Part shown: piece by piece, positions 27,824-37,772 of the stretch | Layout of the letters: each line of letters opens with the position of its first letter | Position numbering within the stretch: the first letter of the stretch is position 1 | NCBI GenBank assembly: GCA_965233865.1 | Contig: OZ247587.1 | Span: 1,440,001-1,504,000 of the forward strand | Length of the DNA stretch: 64,000 nucleotides | Origin: Candidatus Neptunichlamydia sp. | GTDB lineage: Bacteria > Chlamydiota > Chlamydiia > Chlamydiales > Simkaniaceae | Direction of reading: 5' to 3' | Translations under genes and position numbers: made by a program | The notes under the pieces: model-generated | Database searches by the model: none | Seen by the model: only the letters and a program-made list of their open reading frames with translations | What the model was told of the DNA's origin: nothing

Positions 27824-28993
27824 ATGAAGTCAACAAGAGGTAATATGAGCTTCAGATTGTTAAATATTTCGGTATATATTCGTCCTACTTTCTGGATTTT
27901 TATGATTTTTTTTACGAGGGTTTACCAAAACCCTTCGGTTTATAGCTTGGTGTTGGGATTGGTTCTTGTGGTAAGCCTTTTGGTACATGAATTTGGGCAT
28001 GCCATGACGGCTCGGTATTATGGTACTCAGCCGACTGTGATTCTTGAAGCCTTTGGAGGAAGAGCAGAGTACGAAGGAAGGGGCATTAGTCCTAAGCAGG
28101 CTTTTTATATCACGCTGAACGGCCCTCTATTCGAAAGTCTTCTCATTCCTTTGTCTTACTTTTTGCTAAAATCGGGTATTTTTGATGGGCATTCATATAT
28201 CCAGTATTTCTTATACGCAACCATGCGCTTCAATATCCTTTGGTGTTTATTGAATCTCATTCCCGTTTTTCCACTTGATGGAGCACACCTAGTGCAGTAC
28301 TTTCTTGAGAAAAAATTTGGAGATAAGGGAGTTCAATCAACGCATATTCTTGGATTGGCATGTGTCATTTTGATTGCCCCTTATCTTTACTTCAAAGGTT
28401 TTTTCTTTTTTGGAACGCTCCTTCTTATCTTTGGGTACCGAAACTTTCGATTGCTTAAACAGGGCAAGATTTTATCAGGGCAAGACAGTCCATTTAAGCG
28501 GTATCTTCAGGGGGTGGAGGCTTTGAAGAACAATGATCTTGAAAGTGCAAAGACTCTTTTAAAGAAGCTTCTTAAGTCCAAAGATAGCCAAATAAAAACC
28601 TCTTCTGCGGAAGCACTAGCCCAGGTATATTACCAAGAACAAGACAAGAATAAGGCGTACCAGATTTTACTAAAAACCAACCATAACTGCCTAAAAGAGG
28701 GAAAGTATCTACTGTGTAAATTGGCTTTTGAAAGGGAGGATTATGCTCTTGTAGCCAATTATTCTAGAGATGTTTATAAACAAAACCCCTCTTTTGAAGT
28801 TGCGATCCTGAATTCTAAAGCTTTTGCTCACCTCAACAAAGTCAATCTTTCTGTGGGTTGGATGGAAACAGCTTGCCAATTTGGGGATGAGTATAGAAAA
28901 AAGGTACAAGATCACTTGCGCGATTCTGATTATGACTCAGTGAAGACACATGCACATTTTAAGAGTTTTATAGAGAAGCTTGATCCAGTTTAG
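27824..28993 (+). CDS. Site-2 (M50) metalloprotease with a C-terminal TPR-like region
   Basis: HEFGH, ITLNGP, NLIPVFPLDG; helical-repeat C-terminus. Confidence 0.85.
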   Translation: MKSTRGNMSFRLLNISVYIRPTFWIFMIFFTRVYQNPSVYSLVLGLVLVVSLLVHEFGHAMTARYYGTQPTVILEAFGGRAEYEGRGISPKQAFYITLNGPLFESLLIPLSYFLLKSGIFDGHSYIQYFLYATMRFNILWCLLNLIPVFPLDGAHLVQYFLEKKFGDKGVQSTHILGLACVILIAPYLYFKGFFFFGTLLLIFGYRNFRLLKQGKILSGQDSPFKRYLQGVEALKNNDLESAKTLLKKLLKSKDSQIKTSSAEALAQVYYQEQDKNKAYQILLKTNHNCLKEGKYLLCKLAFEREDYALVANYSRDVYKQNPSFEVAILNSKAFAHLNKVNLSVGWMETACQFGDEYRKKVQDHLRDSDYDSVKTHAHFKSFIEKLDPV

Positions 28994-30090
28994 TAAACAT
29001 CTAATAAAAGACGTTTTTCTTTGCGGAGCATCTTGATGTATGGTTTTGGATCTTTACCTCCATGCGTTTGCACGATCGTATGGAGTGCTGCAGTCACATC
29101 TTTTGCCATGTGGCGGGCATCTCCACAAATATAGAGGTAAGCTCCCCTGCTCAGCGTCTCCCAAACAGCAAGGCCATTTCTAAGAAGCAGGTGTTGAACA
29201 TAGAGTTTTTCATTTTGATCGCGGGAGAATGCTAAGTCTAGGCGAAGGAAGTTTTCCTTCTCTAAAGATTCTAGGAAGTTTTCATAATAATAATCTGTTG
29301 CGCGGTTACGCTCGCCAAAAATGAGCCAGTTTTCTCCTGAGGCTTTTTGTGCGTTTCTCTCCTGCAAGAAAGCGCGGTAAGGAGCAATCCCTGTTCCCGG
29401 TCCAATCATAACAATAGGCGTAGTAGGATCTTTCGGCAGGACAAAATGAGGCGTGGGGTGTAGGTAGGTGTAGATGGGAGTATGGTGCATCGCTGCAATG
29501 TTACAAAGGAAATGAGAGCCAAGACCCTGACGCACTTTTTTTCCGTGGGTATAGTTAAACGTTGAGACGAGAAGATCGATAGAGTTAGGGCTTACTTTAG
29601 GAGAGGAAGCGATTGAATAAAAGCGGGGAAGGAGGGGAGCTAAATAAGAGATGAGCTCTTGCAAAGGAATCGTCGGGGGGTGAAGTTTAAAAAAATCGAT
29701 CAGATCATGAGAGTTGATAAACTGAATCCTAGCTTCTTTATTTTCGTCCCCAAGAAGGGAGGGATCTCCTGCAAGTTTTAAAATAGGAACGGGGATTCGA
29801 ATAAGGTTGGCTTTGGTTTTTAAAAAATGTTCCAAAGACATTGTAGCTCCAGAGCGAGGATCGGTGATCTCTTCATTCCCACTTTGGTTTAGAGCGTCTA
29901 ACAGTACATGGACCTCCTCAAGGGGGTTTTCAGGATAGATTCCAACAGCATCGCCAGGAGAATAAGAGACATTTGAATCTGAAAGATCGAGGGTTATATG
30001 ATACGTTTTTTTTGTGGAGCCCTCTTTATTAAGGATTAAACGCTCAGTAATTTTCGCCGGGAAAGGGTTGTTTTTATTATATTCTGTCAT
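28990..30090 (-). CDS. cysJ: Sulfite reductase flavoprotein-like FAD/NADPH oxidoreductase (no flavodoxin domain)
   Basis: PRFYSIASS, MIGPGTGIAPYRAFLQER, AFSRDQ, YICGDA, LDVY. Confidence 0.9.
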   Translation of the reverse strand: MTEYNKNNPFPAKITERLILNKEGSTKKTYHITLDLSDSNVSYSPGDAVGIYPENPLEEVHVLLDALNQSGNEEITDPRSGATMSLEHFLKTKANLIRIPVPILKLAGDPSLLGDENKEARIQFINSHDLIDFFKLHPPTIPLQELISYLAPLLPRFYSIASSPKVSPNSIDLLVSTFNYTHGKKVRQGLGSHFLCNIAAMHHTPIYTYLHPTPHFVLPKDPTTPIVMIGPGTGIAPYRAFLQERNAQKASGENWLIFGERNRATDYYYENFLESLEKENFLRLDLAFSRDQNEKLYVQHLLLRNGLAVWETLSRGAYLYICGDARHMAKDVTAALHTIVQTHGGKDPKPYIKMLRKEKRLLLDVY

Positions 30091-30103
30091 ATAAATAGAA
30101 GGT

Positions 30104-30271
30104 ATGAAATTCTGTGTTTTATTTTTATCAGTTCTTTTTCTTTTGGGATGCGCCTCTAGTGACTACAACCCGCACTATATCGCTTCCGATACACTCGATG
30201 AGGAGATTATGATTCCACCTGGGGAATCCTTCCATCCCACTTCTTCTTTAGAGCAGACATTCTCTTATTAG
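30104..30271 (+). CDS. Putative small lipoprotein, 55 aa
   Basis: MKFCVLFLSVLFLLG-C lipoprotein signal (lipobox LLGC); overlaps the gltX 3' end convergently. Confidence 0.5.
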   Translation: MKFCVLFLSVLFLLGCASSDYNPHYIASDTLDEEIMIPPGESFHPTSSLEQTFSY

Positions 30272-31706
30272 AGATCCCACCAAGAAATTCAATGCCATTG
30301 AGATGGCGTGCTCGCGTCCGATCTTTTCCTAAGATCGAGACGGAATCGAAAAGAGGTGGCCCTTGATGCTTTCCAGTGATTACAGCAAAAAGGATCCGCA
30401 TGATCACTTTTTTATGATTCAATTCAAAGAAAGTAGCCATTTCCCTTGAGGCTTTTTCAAAACCTTCCCGTCCCCAATTTTCCTGAGATTCCATGCTCCA
30501 AATCATGCACTGCAGAATCTCTGCAGATATTTCTTTAGCAGTTCCTTTAGGACAGAGGAGCTCCTCAGAGTAATTCAAGTGATTTACAAAAAGGAATTGG
30601 CAAAGCTCCATAAATTCCCCAAATGTTTTGATCCGAGTGTGGATCAAGGGGATGATCTTTGCCATCTTTTCATCAGAAAACCCCCACTCTTTGATCTTTT
30701 TCCAAAGGTCTTTTTCGGGAATGTTGTTGATCAAGTATTGCTGGTTAATCCAATCAAGTTTTTTTACATCAAAGAATGCACCAGAAACACCAACACGGTT
30801 TACTGAAAAATCTTTGATGATCTCATCAAGAGTATAAATTTCTTTATCCTCAGGCATACTGTAACCCATCAGAGTTAGGAAATTAATAAATGCATCTGGG
30901 AGATAACCACTTTCTTTATAGTAAAAAACGGAGGTAGGATTCTTTCGTTTTGAAAGCTTTTTCCCATCAGCTCCAAGAAGAAGGGGCATATGCATAAATT
31001 TGGGTCTTTCCCATCCAAATAGGTCGTATAAAAGAATATGCTTAGGTGTCGAAGATGTCCATTCATCTCCTCGAATGATGTGCGTAATTTTCATCAAGTG
31101 GTCGTCAACAACATTCGCAAGATGATAGGTTGGAAAGCCATCTGATTTCAGGAGAATCTGATCGTCAACATCGCTCCAAGGAGTTGTAATCCGACCTTTT
31201 GTCATTTCTTCGTAAACGCATTCACCAGTGAGCGGAACTTTTAAGCGCACCACATATGACTGTTCTAAGCTTTCCCGCTCCTGAATTTCTTCAGTGCTCA
31301 GATTGCGGTAGCGGCGGTCATACCCCATGCGTTTCCCCATTTTTGAGGCAAGTTCACGCATCTCCTTAAGCTCTTCAGGAGTTGCAAAGCATTTATAGGC
31401 ATGCCCGGCATCGAGAAGCTTTTGGCAGTATTCTCGGTAAATCTCAGTCCTCTCAGATTGTCTATAGGGTCCATAGGGACCTCCTACGTCTGGACCTTCA
31501 TCCCACTCAATACCTAGCCACTTCAAAGATTTAAAAATACTCTCTTCATATTCGGGACGGCTTCGTGACTGATCGGTGTCTTCAATGCGGAGTAAAAACT
31601 TTCCGCCATGACGCTTAGCAAAGATTAAATTAAGAAGAGACATGTAGGGTGTTCCTACGTGTGGATCTCCAGTCGGGGAGGGGGCTATACGTGTGCGGAC
31701 TTCCAT
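30207..31706 (-). CDS. gltX: Glutamate--tRNA ligase
   Basis: RIAPSPTGDPHVGT, LRIEDTD, PTYHLANVVDDH, KLSKR. Confidence 0.97.
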   Translation of the reverse strand: MEVRTRIAPSPTGDPHVGTPYMSLLNLIFAKRHGGKFLLRIEDTDQSRSRPEYEESIFKSLKWLGIEWDEGPDVGGPYGPYRQSERTEIYREYCQKLLDAGHAYKCFATPEELKEMRELASKMGKRMGYDRRYRNLSTEEIQERESLEQSYVVRLKVPLTGECVYEEMTKGRITTPWSDVDDQILLKSDGFPTYHLANVVDDHLMKITHIIRGDEWTSSTPKHILLYDLFGWERPKFMHMPLLLGADGKKLSKRKNPTSVFYYKESGYLPDAFINFLTLMGYSMPEDKEIYTLDEIIKDFSVNRVGVSGAFFDVKKLDWINQQYLINNIPEKDLWKKIKEWGFSDEKMAKIIPLIHTRIKTFGEFMELCQFLFVNHLNYSEELLCPKGTAKEISAEILQCMIWSMESQENWGREGFEKASREMATFFELNHKKVIMRILFAVITGKHQGPPLFDSVSILGKDRTRARHLNGIEFLGGISNKRMSALKKKWDGRIPQVES

Positions 31707-31969
31707 GGGAAATTACTTTTGGTTAAAAAAGTCTATTTTAGACTTTTTCTCAATTATACCCAAACAAATTCAAAAGGCAACTCCAAGGAAAGCTTAGATC
31801 TTGTCTTTTCTCTAAGTAAGGTTTTGCATAAAGGGAAATCATGAAGGTTTAGAGAGGGGATAAGATGATTGGGGCGATCTGTTTCAAGGAGTTGGTTATA
31901 GGATAAAGGATGGGGTTTCATTTTTGTAATTGTATTGGAACATAAGATCTCCCAGCCTTTCCATGTTTC

Positions 31970-33949
31970 TCAGCCTCCAGCAGCCATCTTCAGAGGCCGT
32001 ATGTGTTGTGCTGAGGCTTTTTCAAGAAGGATTAAATCTTTCATGATATTGTATGATTCTTCGAGTTGCAAGTCGTTTTGCCCATACTTTTCTATAGAGT
32101 CTGCATCAAACTCTTTTTTGTGAACTTCCTTTAGAAAACTTTGGTAGTTTGTGTTTTGAGCGATTCTTAGATCAGAATTGGACTTTAATCGATCAAGGTG
32201 TTTTCCGTAGAGGTCAGTGCAAGACTGTTGATCTTTTTTATACATGCGCATCATTTTCCCTCGATGAAAAGGGTGGATATCGCTGAGATTGTCTATAAAG
32301 TTAGGGGGAATCTCATCATTTTCTAAGGGGAATTTTGCATAGGATTCTCCGATTTCTAGTTCCGTAAGTCCTCCAGGAACTTCGATGTCTACTTTTGTTC
32401 CTGTTAATTGTGGACTCTTCCCTGAAACCGTGTAGTAAAGACCTCGAGTGACTTTAAATTCTCCTTGCGGATTTACTTTATCGACATTTCCTGAATCAAG
32501 CGTAAAGGTTTGATAGGATCCTTTTCCCCAGGTGAACGGGTCTCCGATAAGGAGAGCACGTCTATAATCTTTGAGGGTTTGTGCCACAATTTCAGCTGCG
32601 GAAGCACTGCCCTTGTTTGTCAAAACAATGAGAGGGCCATCCCAAGTCACCTTTCCATCAAAATTACGGAGATGTTGGATATTCCCAGCTGAATCTTTGA
32701 TTGAAACTACAACCCCTTTCTGAATGAAAAGGCCTGTCACAGCAACAGCTTGAGGAAGGAGCCCTCCAGCATTTCCTCGAAGGTCTAAAATAACCCCTTC
32801 TAGCTGGTGGTTTTTCTTGATTTTCTCAAGGGCAGCTTTAATATCTGAGGCAGAAGAGTTGTTTGGGTCTTGATAAAATGAAAAGAGACGAACATGAGCG
32901 ATCACCCCATTTCCATAAGGGATTTTTTCCGTTTCAAATCGTGTTTCCTTCAAGACAATTTCATCTCGGACCACTTCAATATTAAACTTTTCAGTCTTTT
33001 TATTTTCCCCTTCGTCCGTTTCACGGAGAATGGAGAGGGCAACTGCTGTCCCTTTCGGCCCTCGGATTAAGTCTACGGCTTCGATAATATCCATTCCTGC
33101 AACCGGTTCGTGGTTAACAGCAATGATCTTATCATCTACTTTTAGCATGCCACCTTGCAGGGCAGGGCCTCCGTCAAGGAGTCTAACAAGAGTGAAGCCT
33201 GTCAGGTCATCACGAAGTTGCGCTCCAATTCCAAAGAGACGCTGCTGAACTTGAATCATAAATTGATTCGCTTCTTGAGGGGTAAAATAGACGGTATGAT
33301 TATCAAGAGCTCCGCTAAAACTCTTGAGGAAATACACAAGCGACTGCCTTTTCTGAAGTTTTTTTTTATCTCCCTGAAGGACCTCATCTTCTCTATTAGC
33401 ACGCCGTTTTGAAAGGCGTTGAAGGAACTGATCCTGTGACTCAACTTCTAGCTGTTCGGCGGTTTCCAGTTGGAGGGCTCTAAGGGCTAGAAGGCGCTGC
33501 TCGAGATCGATTTCATTTTTTGCCCATGTAATATCTTTAAAATCAGCAGTTTTTACATCTTTGGGCAAAGAGAGGTTTTCAAGTTTCTTCTCTAGAATGT
33601 TTCGCCGAGTAATTGATTGAATCATCACTTCATAAATTTCGTCATAGGGGCCGAAATTTTCCTTTTTAAAGGCGCTTACGAATCCTTCAAGGAGTTCAGA
33701 ACTAGGATGATCCCACTTGGCTATTTCATCCGATAGAAGGTAGGTTTTAGTGGGATCTAACTCATCAAGGTAATTTTTAAGAGCTCTTTGGACAATTTCA
33801 GAGGTTAGCTCCTTGTAAGTGACGTGTCCTTTGAAAATCTCCTCGGCTTTCTTATGGGTTGCATGAGGGGTCAATTCTGGAGGTTTAGCGCTTGCAAGCA
33901 CAGTGAATCCAATGAGTAACAAACTTATTATAAGTCGTTTAAAAGTCAT
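31970..33949 (-). CDS. tsp: Tail-specific (S41) protease with PDZ domain
   Basis: Signal peptide, GIGAQL PDZ motif, LDLRGNAGG, SASAAEI, GKGSYQ. Confidence 0.93.
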   Translation of the reverse strand: MTFKRLIISLLLIGFTVLASAKPPELTPHATHKKAEEIFKGHVTYKELTSEIVQRALKNYLDELDPTKTYLLSDEIAKWDHPSSELLEGFVSAFKKENFGPYDEIYEVMIQSITRRNILEKKLENLSLPKDVKTADFKDITWAKNEIDLEQRLLALRALQLETAEQLEVESQDQFLQRLSKRRANREDEVLQGDKKKLQKRQSLVYFLKSFSGALDNHTVYFTPQEANQFMIQVQQRLFGIGAQLRDDLTGFTLVRLLDGGPALQGGMLKVDDKIIAVNHEPVAGMDIIEAVDLIRGPKGTAVALSILRETDEGENKKTEKFNIEVVRDEIVLKETRFETEKIPYGNGVIAHVRLFSFYQDPNNSSASDIKAALEKIKKNHQLEGVILDLRGNAGGLLPQAVAVTGLFIQKGVVVSIKDSAGNIQHLRNFDGKVTWDGPLIVLTNKGSASAAEIVAQTLKDYRRALLIGDPFTWGKGSYQTFTLDSGNVDKVNPQGEFKVTRGLYYTVSGKSPQLTGTKVDIEVPGGLTELEIGESYAKFPLENDEIPPNFIDNLSDIHPFHRGKMMRMYKKDQQSCTDLYGKHLDRLKSNSDLRIAQNTNYQSFLKEVHKKEFDADSIEKYGQNDLQLEESYNIMKDLILLEKASAQHIRPLKMAAGG

Positions 33950-34248
33950 TCTAATTAATCCTTACACAGGGTAGTTCTACTATATATAGCTTACAGCAAA
34001 TCAAAGGTTTAAGTCCAATCATATTCAAATATTTATTATAGTAATCGAAATATTTTTTGCTATAATCCCATCTAAATCAAAATTTTGTGAAAATGTAAAG
34101 AGAAATTGATTGATTTCAACTCAAATCTTTGTAATAATAGAATATCTAAAGACTAAGGAATATTAACAAATTCATTAAAAAATGATTTTTGACGGACTAA
34201 TCAATTTTCTAGTTTTTAGCAGATTTGTTTTGGATTGAGGAGAAAAAC

Positions 34249-34683
34249 ATGGATATTGTAAACCAAACTGGGGCACTTGAGTCTCCACAAAAGGTAGTTT
34301 CTATTACTGAAGCTGCCCGTATTAATGGTGTAACGAGACAAGCTATTTATGTTGCGATTAAGCAAAATAAACTTAAAGCACGTAAAGACTCTACTCGTTG
34401 GACTATAGATTTAGATGATCTAGAAAATTATCGTCGCAATAAATATTCGCGTACGAAATCAACGTTTGATGGTGAACTCCTTTTTGATAATAATAAGGGT
34501 TTTTATTCTGTCAATCAAGCTGCAAAGATTCTCGGCGTTCCTGCGCAGAAAGTCTATTATGCAACAAGAATTGGCATGTTAAAAGCTACTCGTAAAGGAG
34601 CTGCTTGGGTTATTCACACTGATGATATTACAGATTATCAAGAAAAATACCTAAGCCGATGTTCTGAAAACGAAGCAATGTAA
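34249..34683 (+). CDS. euo: EUO, chlamydial repressor of late genes (two HTH domains)
   Basis: VSITEAARINGVTRQAIYVAIKQNKLKA and YSVNQAAKILGVPAQKVYYATR; GAGGAG SD; synteny with gltX/recJ. Confidence 0.93.
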   Translation: MDIVNQTGALESPQKVVSITEAARINGVTRQAIYVAIKQNKLKARKDSTRWTIDLDDLENYRRNKYSRTKSTFDGELLFDNNKGFYSVNQAAKILGVPAQKVYYATRIGMLKATRKGAAWVIHTDDITDYQEKYLSRCSENEAM

Positions 34684-34785
34684 TTGTAGTTTTGTTTAAG
34701 ACGTTTCCAAGAAAGAAAAGAGAGGTACATTCTTATTTGGAATTGTAATATGGGTGAAGAACCTATTATATTTATTATATAATCT

Positions 34786-36051
34786 CTAGCTATCACCAGC
34801 TAGAGATTTTTTTTGCTCTAACATAACGACGGTTTCAACATGTGTGGTTTGAGGAAAGAGATCAAACCCTTCTACTTTTTTAACAATGTAGCGGCTAGAG
34901 AGTTCTTGAAGGTCTCTTGCAAGGGTCGATGGCATACAAGAGATATAAAGAATCTTGGGGCTGTCTAGAAGAGTACGAATCTCCTTAGAAAGACCCGTTC
35001 GTGGAGGATTTACAATGATCACATCAGGTTTTTCTTTAAGGGTAGGTAGGATGGTTTCTACAGCACCATAATGCATCTTAAAGTTGCTGCAGGGAGGAAG
35101 GGAGCGATTCATTTCGACTCCCACTACATCATGTCCTTTCTCTTTTAGAAGAGCGCTGGCGATCCCCACGCCACAATAAAGGTCGAAAACAGTTTGAGGC
35201 CTCTCTCCAATCCAATCGACAATTGTTTGATAGAGCTTTTTGCTAAGTGGAAGGTTGTTTTGCATAAATCCATAGGGAGAAAATGGAGCAGAAATCCCTA
35301 AAACGTCCTTTGTCAAAGATGTGTCTCCGAGATGCTTCTCTCGGCCGGGAGTTTTGTAGCATACTCCTATAGCAAAGGAAAAAGAGAGGAGTTTTTCTGG
35401 GAGTTTGGGGAAGCAAGAAAATGCGAGGATGATTCCTCTGCTTTCATTGAAAATACGGAGGGAGGCCGAGTGAATTCCCCGATTGGAAAGAGAAGCAAGG
35501 CCAGCCTTTAGCTTTTTAAATAGCACAGGGTCTTCTGAAAATAGAGGGCAGACTGTTGGTTCAATCAAAGAATGATTGTCTATACCTATGTAGCCCATTT
35601 TAAAACCTGTACCCTCTTTTCTTAAATTTAGGCGAAGGTTTGAACGGTAATTCCACTCACTATGGGAAGGATTAATAGGGATGCTTTCTATACGCAATGA
35701 CTCTTGAAGAAAGCCTTTTTTTGCTTCAAGTTGGGTTTGATAATCAAGATGTTGGAGCTGGCACCCTCCACACGTCTTGAAGTGAGGGCATTTTGGAGGT
35801 CTTCGACCAGGCCCTCCCCGAAAAACTCTTTCGATTTTAGCAATCTGATAGTTTTTTTTCTTTTTTGTAATTTTCAAAAAAACTTGGTCGCCTGGAGCTG
35901 AAAAGGGGACGAAGGTAACGCACCCATCGATTCGGGTGATTCCATTTCCCCCAAAAATGATTTTATCAATCGTGCTTAATTTTGAAGTCTTTGACAAGGA
36001 GCTGGATACTTGATTTGTTGAGGAAGACATTAATGTGAGGTGTAAATGCAA
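34786..36051 (-). CDS. TRAM-domain RNA m5U methyltransferase (RlmD/TrmA family); true start uncertain, overlaps recJ
   Basis: CPHFKTCGGCQLQH, DLYCGVG, VNPPRTGL, YISCMPSTLARD, DLFPQTTHVE. Confidence 0.9.
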   Translation of the reverse strand: MHLHLTLMSSSTNQVSSSLSKTSKLSTIDKIIFGGNGITRIDGCVTFVPFSAPGDQVFLKITKKKKNYQIAKIERVFRGGPGRRPPKCPHFKTCGGCQLQHLDYQTQLEAKKGFLQESLRIESIPINPSHSEWNYRSNLRLNLRKEGTGFKMGYIGIDNHSLIEPTVCPLFSEDPVLFKKLKAGLASLSNRGIHSASLRIFNESRGIILAFSCFPKLPEKLLSFSFAIGVCYKTPGREKHLGDTSLTKDVLGISAPFSPYGFMQNNLPLSKKLYQTIVDWIGERPQTVFDLYCGVGIASALLKEKGHDVVGVEMNRSLPPCSNFKMHYGAVETILPTLKEKPDVIIVNPPRTGLSKEIRTLLDSPKILYISCMPSTLARDLQELSSRYIVKKVEGFDLFPQTTHVETVVMLEQKKSLAGDS

Positions 36052-37726
36052 TTTGTAGGGTGAGGTTTTTCTTGGTCAACTTACTCCGGTGTTCACTCAA
36101 CCCAAACCCAATTCCTTCAAGTACCCGTTCGTTCTGTTCTAGATAAAGCTTGAGGTGAGTTTTCCCTACTATCTTGGGAGGCCAGGCTTGAGTAACATCA
36201 GTATATAGAATCGGAGGAGAATTTCCTGTTCCATAAGGTTCTAGAAGTTGCATAGAATCGAGAAATTCGAAAGTCAAGTCCTCAAACTGAACACGTGAAT
36301 CAAGATGAAGTTTAGGAAGGAGGTCATCATTATTGAGTGACTTATTAGCATCTTCAATAAATGATTTTTTAAATTTTAAGATGTTTTCCTCCTTAATCAT
36401 GAGCCCTGCTGCAAAATCATGCCCACCAAAATTCAAGAGGAGATCGTGGTTTTTTTTTAAAGAAGTGAGGAGTGGAAATTCTGGGATGGTTCGAATCGAT
36501 CCCTTCCCAATGCCTCCCTCTACGGCAATGATAAGAGTAGGGCGGTTATATTGTTTGGAAAGGCGCGCAGCGAGGATGGGAATGATCCCTGGATGCCATT
36601 TATCAGAGTGGAGGACAAGTGCTTTTTCTTGAAGAAGCTGAGGATGAGATTCTATATATGACACGATATCATCGGAATCGCGCCGTTCAATCTGCTGTCG
36701 TTTAGTGTTGTTGCTATCTAGGTCTTGAGCAAGATGGGATGCTCCAACAGAATCATGCATGAGCATTAACTCGACCCCTTTAAGGGGATCGGCTATCCGA
36801 CCAAGACTATTCAAGCGAGGGGCAATTTTTGATGCGATATCAGCGGTTGAAACCTCTGAAGGCTTGATTTCACAGATTTCCATGAGCTTGAGAATGCCTA
36901 CCCTTCGGGTTTGTGAAAACTGCTTCAGACCATATCGAACAAAAACACGGTTTTCGCCCTTCAGGGCGCCCATATCAGCAATGGTTCCAAGAGCGACTAA
37001 GTCGAGAAAACGCTTTAAGTCAATCATTGAAGAACTAATTTTCCCCGTTGAAACTAGGTGATTCGTTAAGGCATGAGCAAGCTTGAATGCAACACCGACT
37101 CCCGTTAAGTTGCGATTAGGATACGTGCTGTTGATGAGTTTTGGATTGAGAGTTGCAATACAGTTGGGAATTTTGTCTGTTGGTTCATGATGATCTGAGA
37201 TAATAACATCAATGTCATGCTTTATTACCTCTTCAACTTCTTTTGCAGCAGTGATTCCGCAGTCAACCGTAATGAGCAGTTTGCACTCTTTTTCGAGAGC
37301 ATAAGAAATCGCATCGGTGATCATTGAGGGGGTGGTGGTTGTTCTGTGTGGAATATAATAATAGGCGCTGCCTCGTAGGAGGCGAATGAATTCAACAAGA
37401 AGGGTTGTTCCAGTTATCCCGTCTACATCATTGTCTCCGTAAATCAAAATGCTCTCATTTTTTGCAAGGGCATGGACAACGCGGGTAACGGCTTTGTTCA
37501 TATCCATCATCAAGTCAGGAGAAAGGAGGTTAGGTAATTTGGCGTAGAGGTGGTTATAGATCTCTTCAAAGGTTTCAAAACCTCTTGAAACTATCACTTG
37601 CGCAGTTACAGGATGAATATTATATTCACCGATAATTTCTTTGCACCAGGATGGTTTGTAGTCAGGGTAAACCCATAGAAGGTTTTGATCTTCTTCTTTT
37701 ATCTCTTTCAAAGGGGAAATTCTCAT
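35966..37726 (-). CDS. recJ: Single-stranded-DNA exonuclease RecJ
   Basis: YGDNDVDG, TVDCG, SDHH, LGTIAD, APRLNSLGR, FGGH. Confidence 0.96.
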   Translation of the reverse strand: MRISPLKEIKEEDQNLLWVYPDYKPSWCKEIIGEYNIHPVTAQVIVSRGFETFEEIYNHLYAKLPNLLSPDLMMDMNKAVTRVVHALAKNESILIYGDNDVDGITGTTLLVEFIRLLRGSAYYYIPHRTTTTPSMITDAISYALEKECKLLITVDCGITAAKEVEEVIKHDIDVIISDHHEPTDKIPNCIATLNPKLINSTYPNRNLTGVGVAFKLAHALTNHLVSTGKISSSMIDLKRFLDLVALGTIADMGALKGENRVFVRYGLKQFSQTRRVGILKLMEICEIKPSEVSTADIASKIAPRLNSLGRIADPLKGVELMLMHDSVGASHLAQDLDSNNTKRQQIERRDSDDIVSYIESHPQLLQEKALVLHSDKWHPGIIPILAARLSKQYNRPTLIIAVEGGIGKGSIRTIPEFPLLTSLKKNHDLLLNFGGHDFAAGLMIKEENILKFKKSFIEDANKSLNNDDLLPKLHLDSRVQFEDLTFEFLDSMQLLEPYGTGNSPPILYTDVTQAWPPKIVGKTHLKLYLEQNERVLEGIGFGLSEHRSKLTKKNLTLQIAFTPHINVFLNKSSIQLLVKDFKIKHD

Positions 37727-37772
37727 GATTCATTTAACGAAAGTTTATCACGTTTAACGAGGTATTACCACG

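Noticed and set aside
14340..28993. att sites, integrase or tRNA target for the island
   Set aside because: No flanking direct repeat, recombinase or tRNA found by eye, so I do not call it an ICE
33950..34248. AT-rich tsp-euo spacer as EUO operator array
   Set aside because: The EUO site is a degenerate AT-rich motif and cannot be distinguished from background by eye
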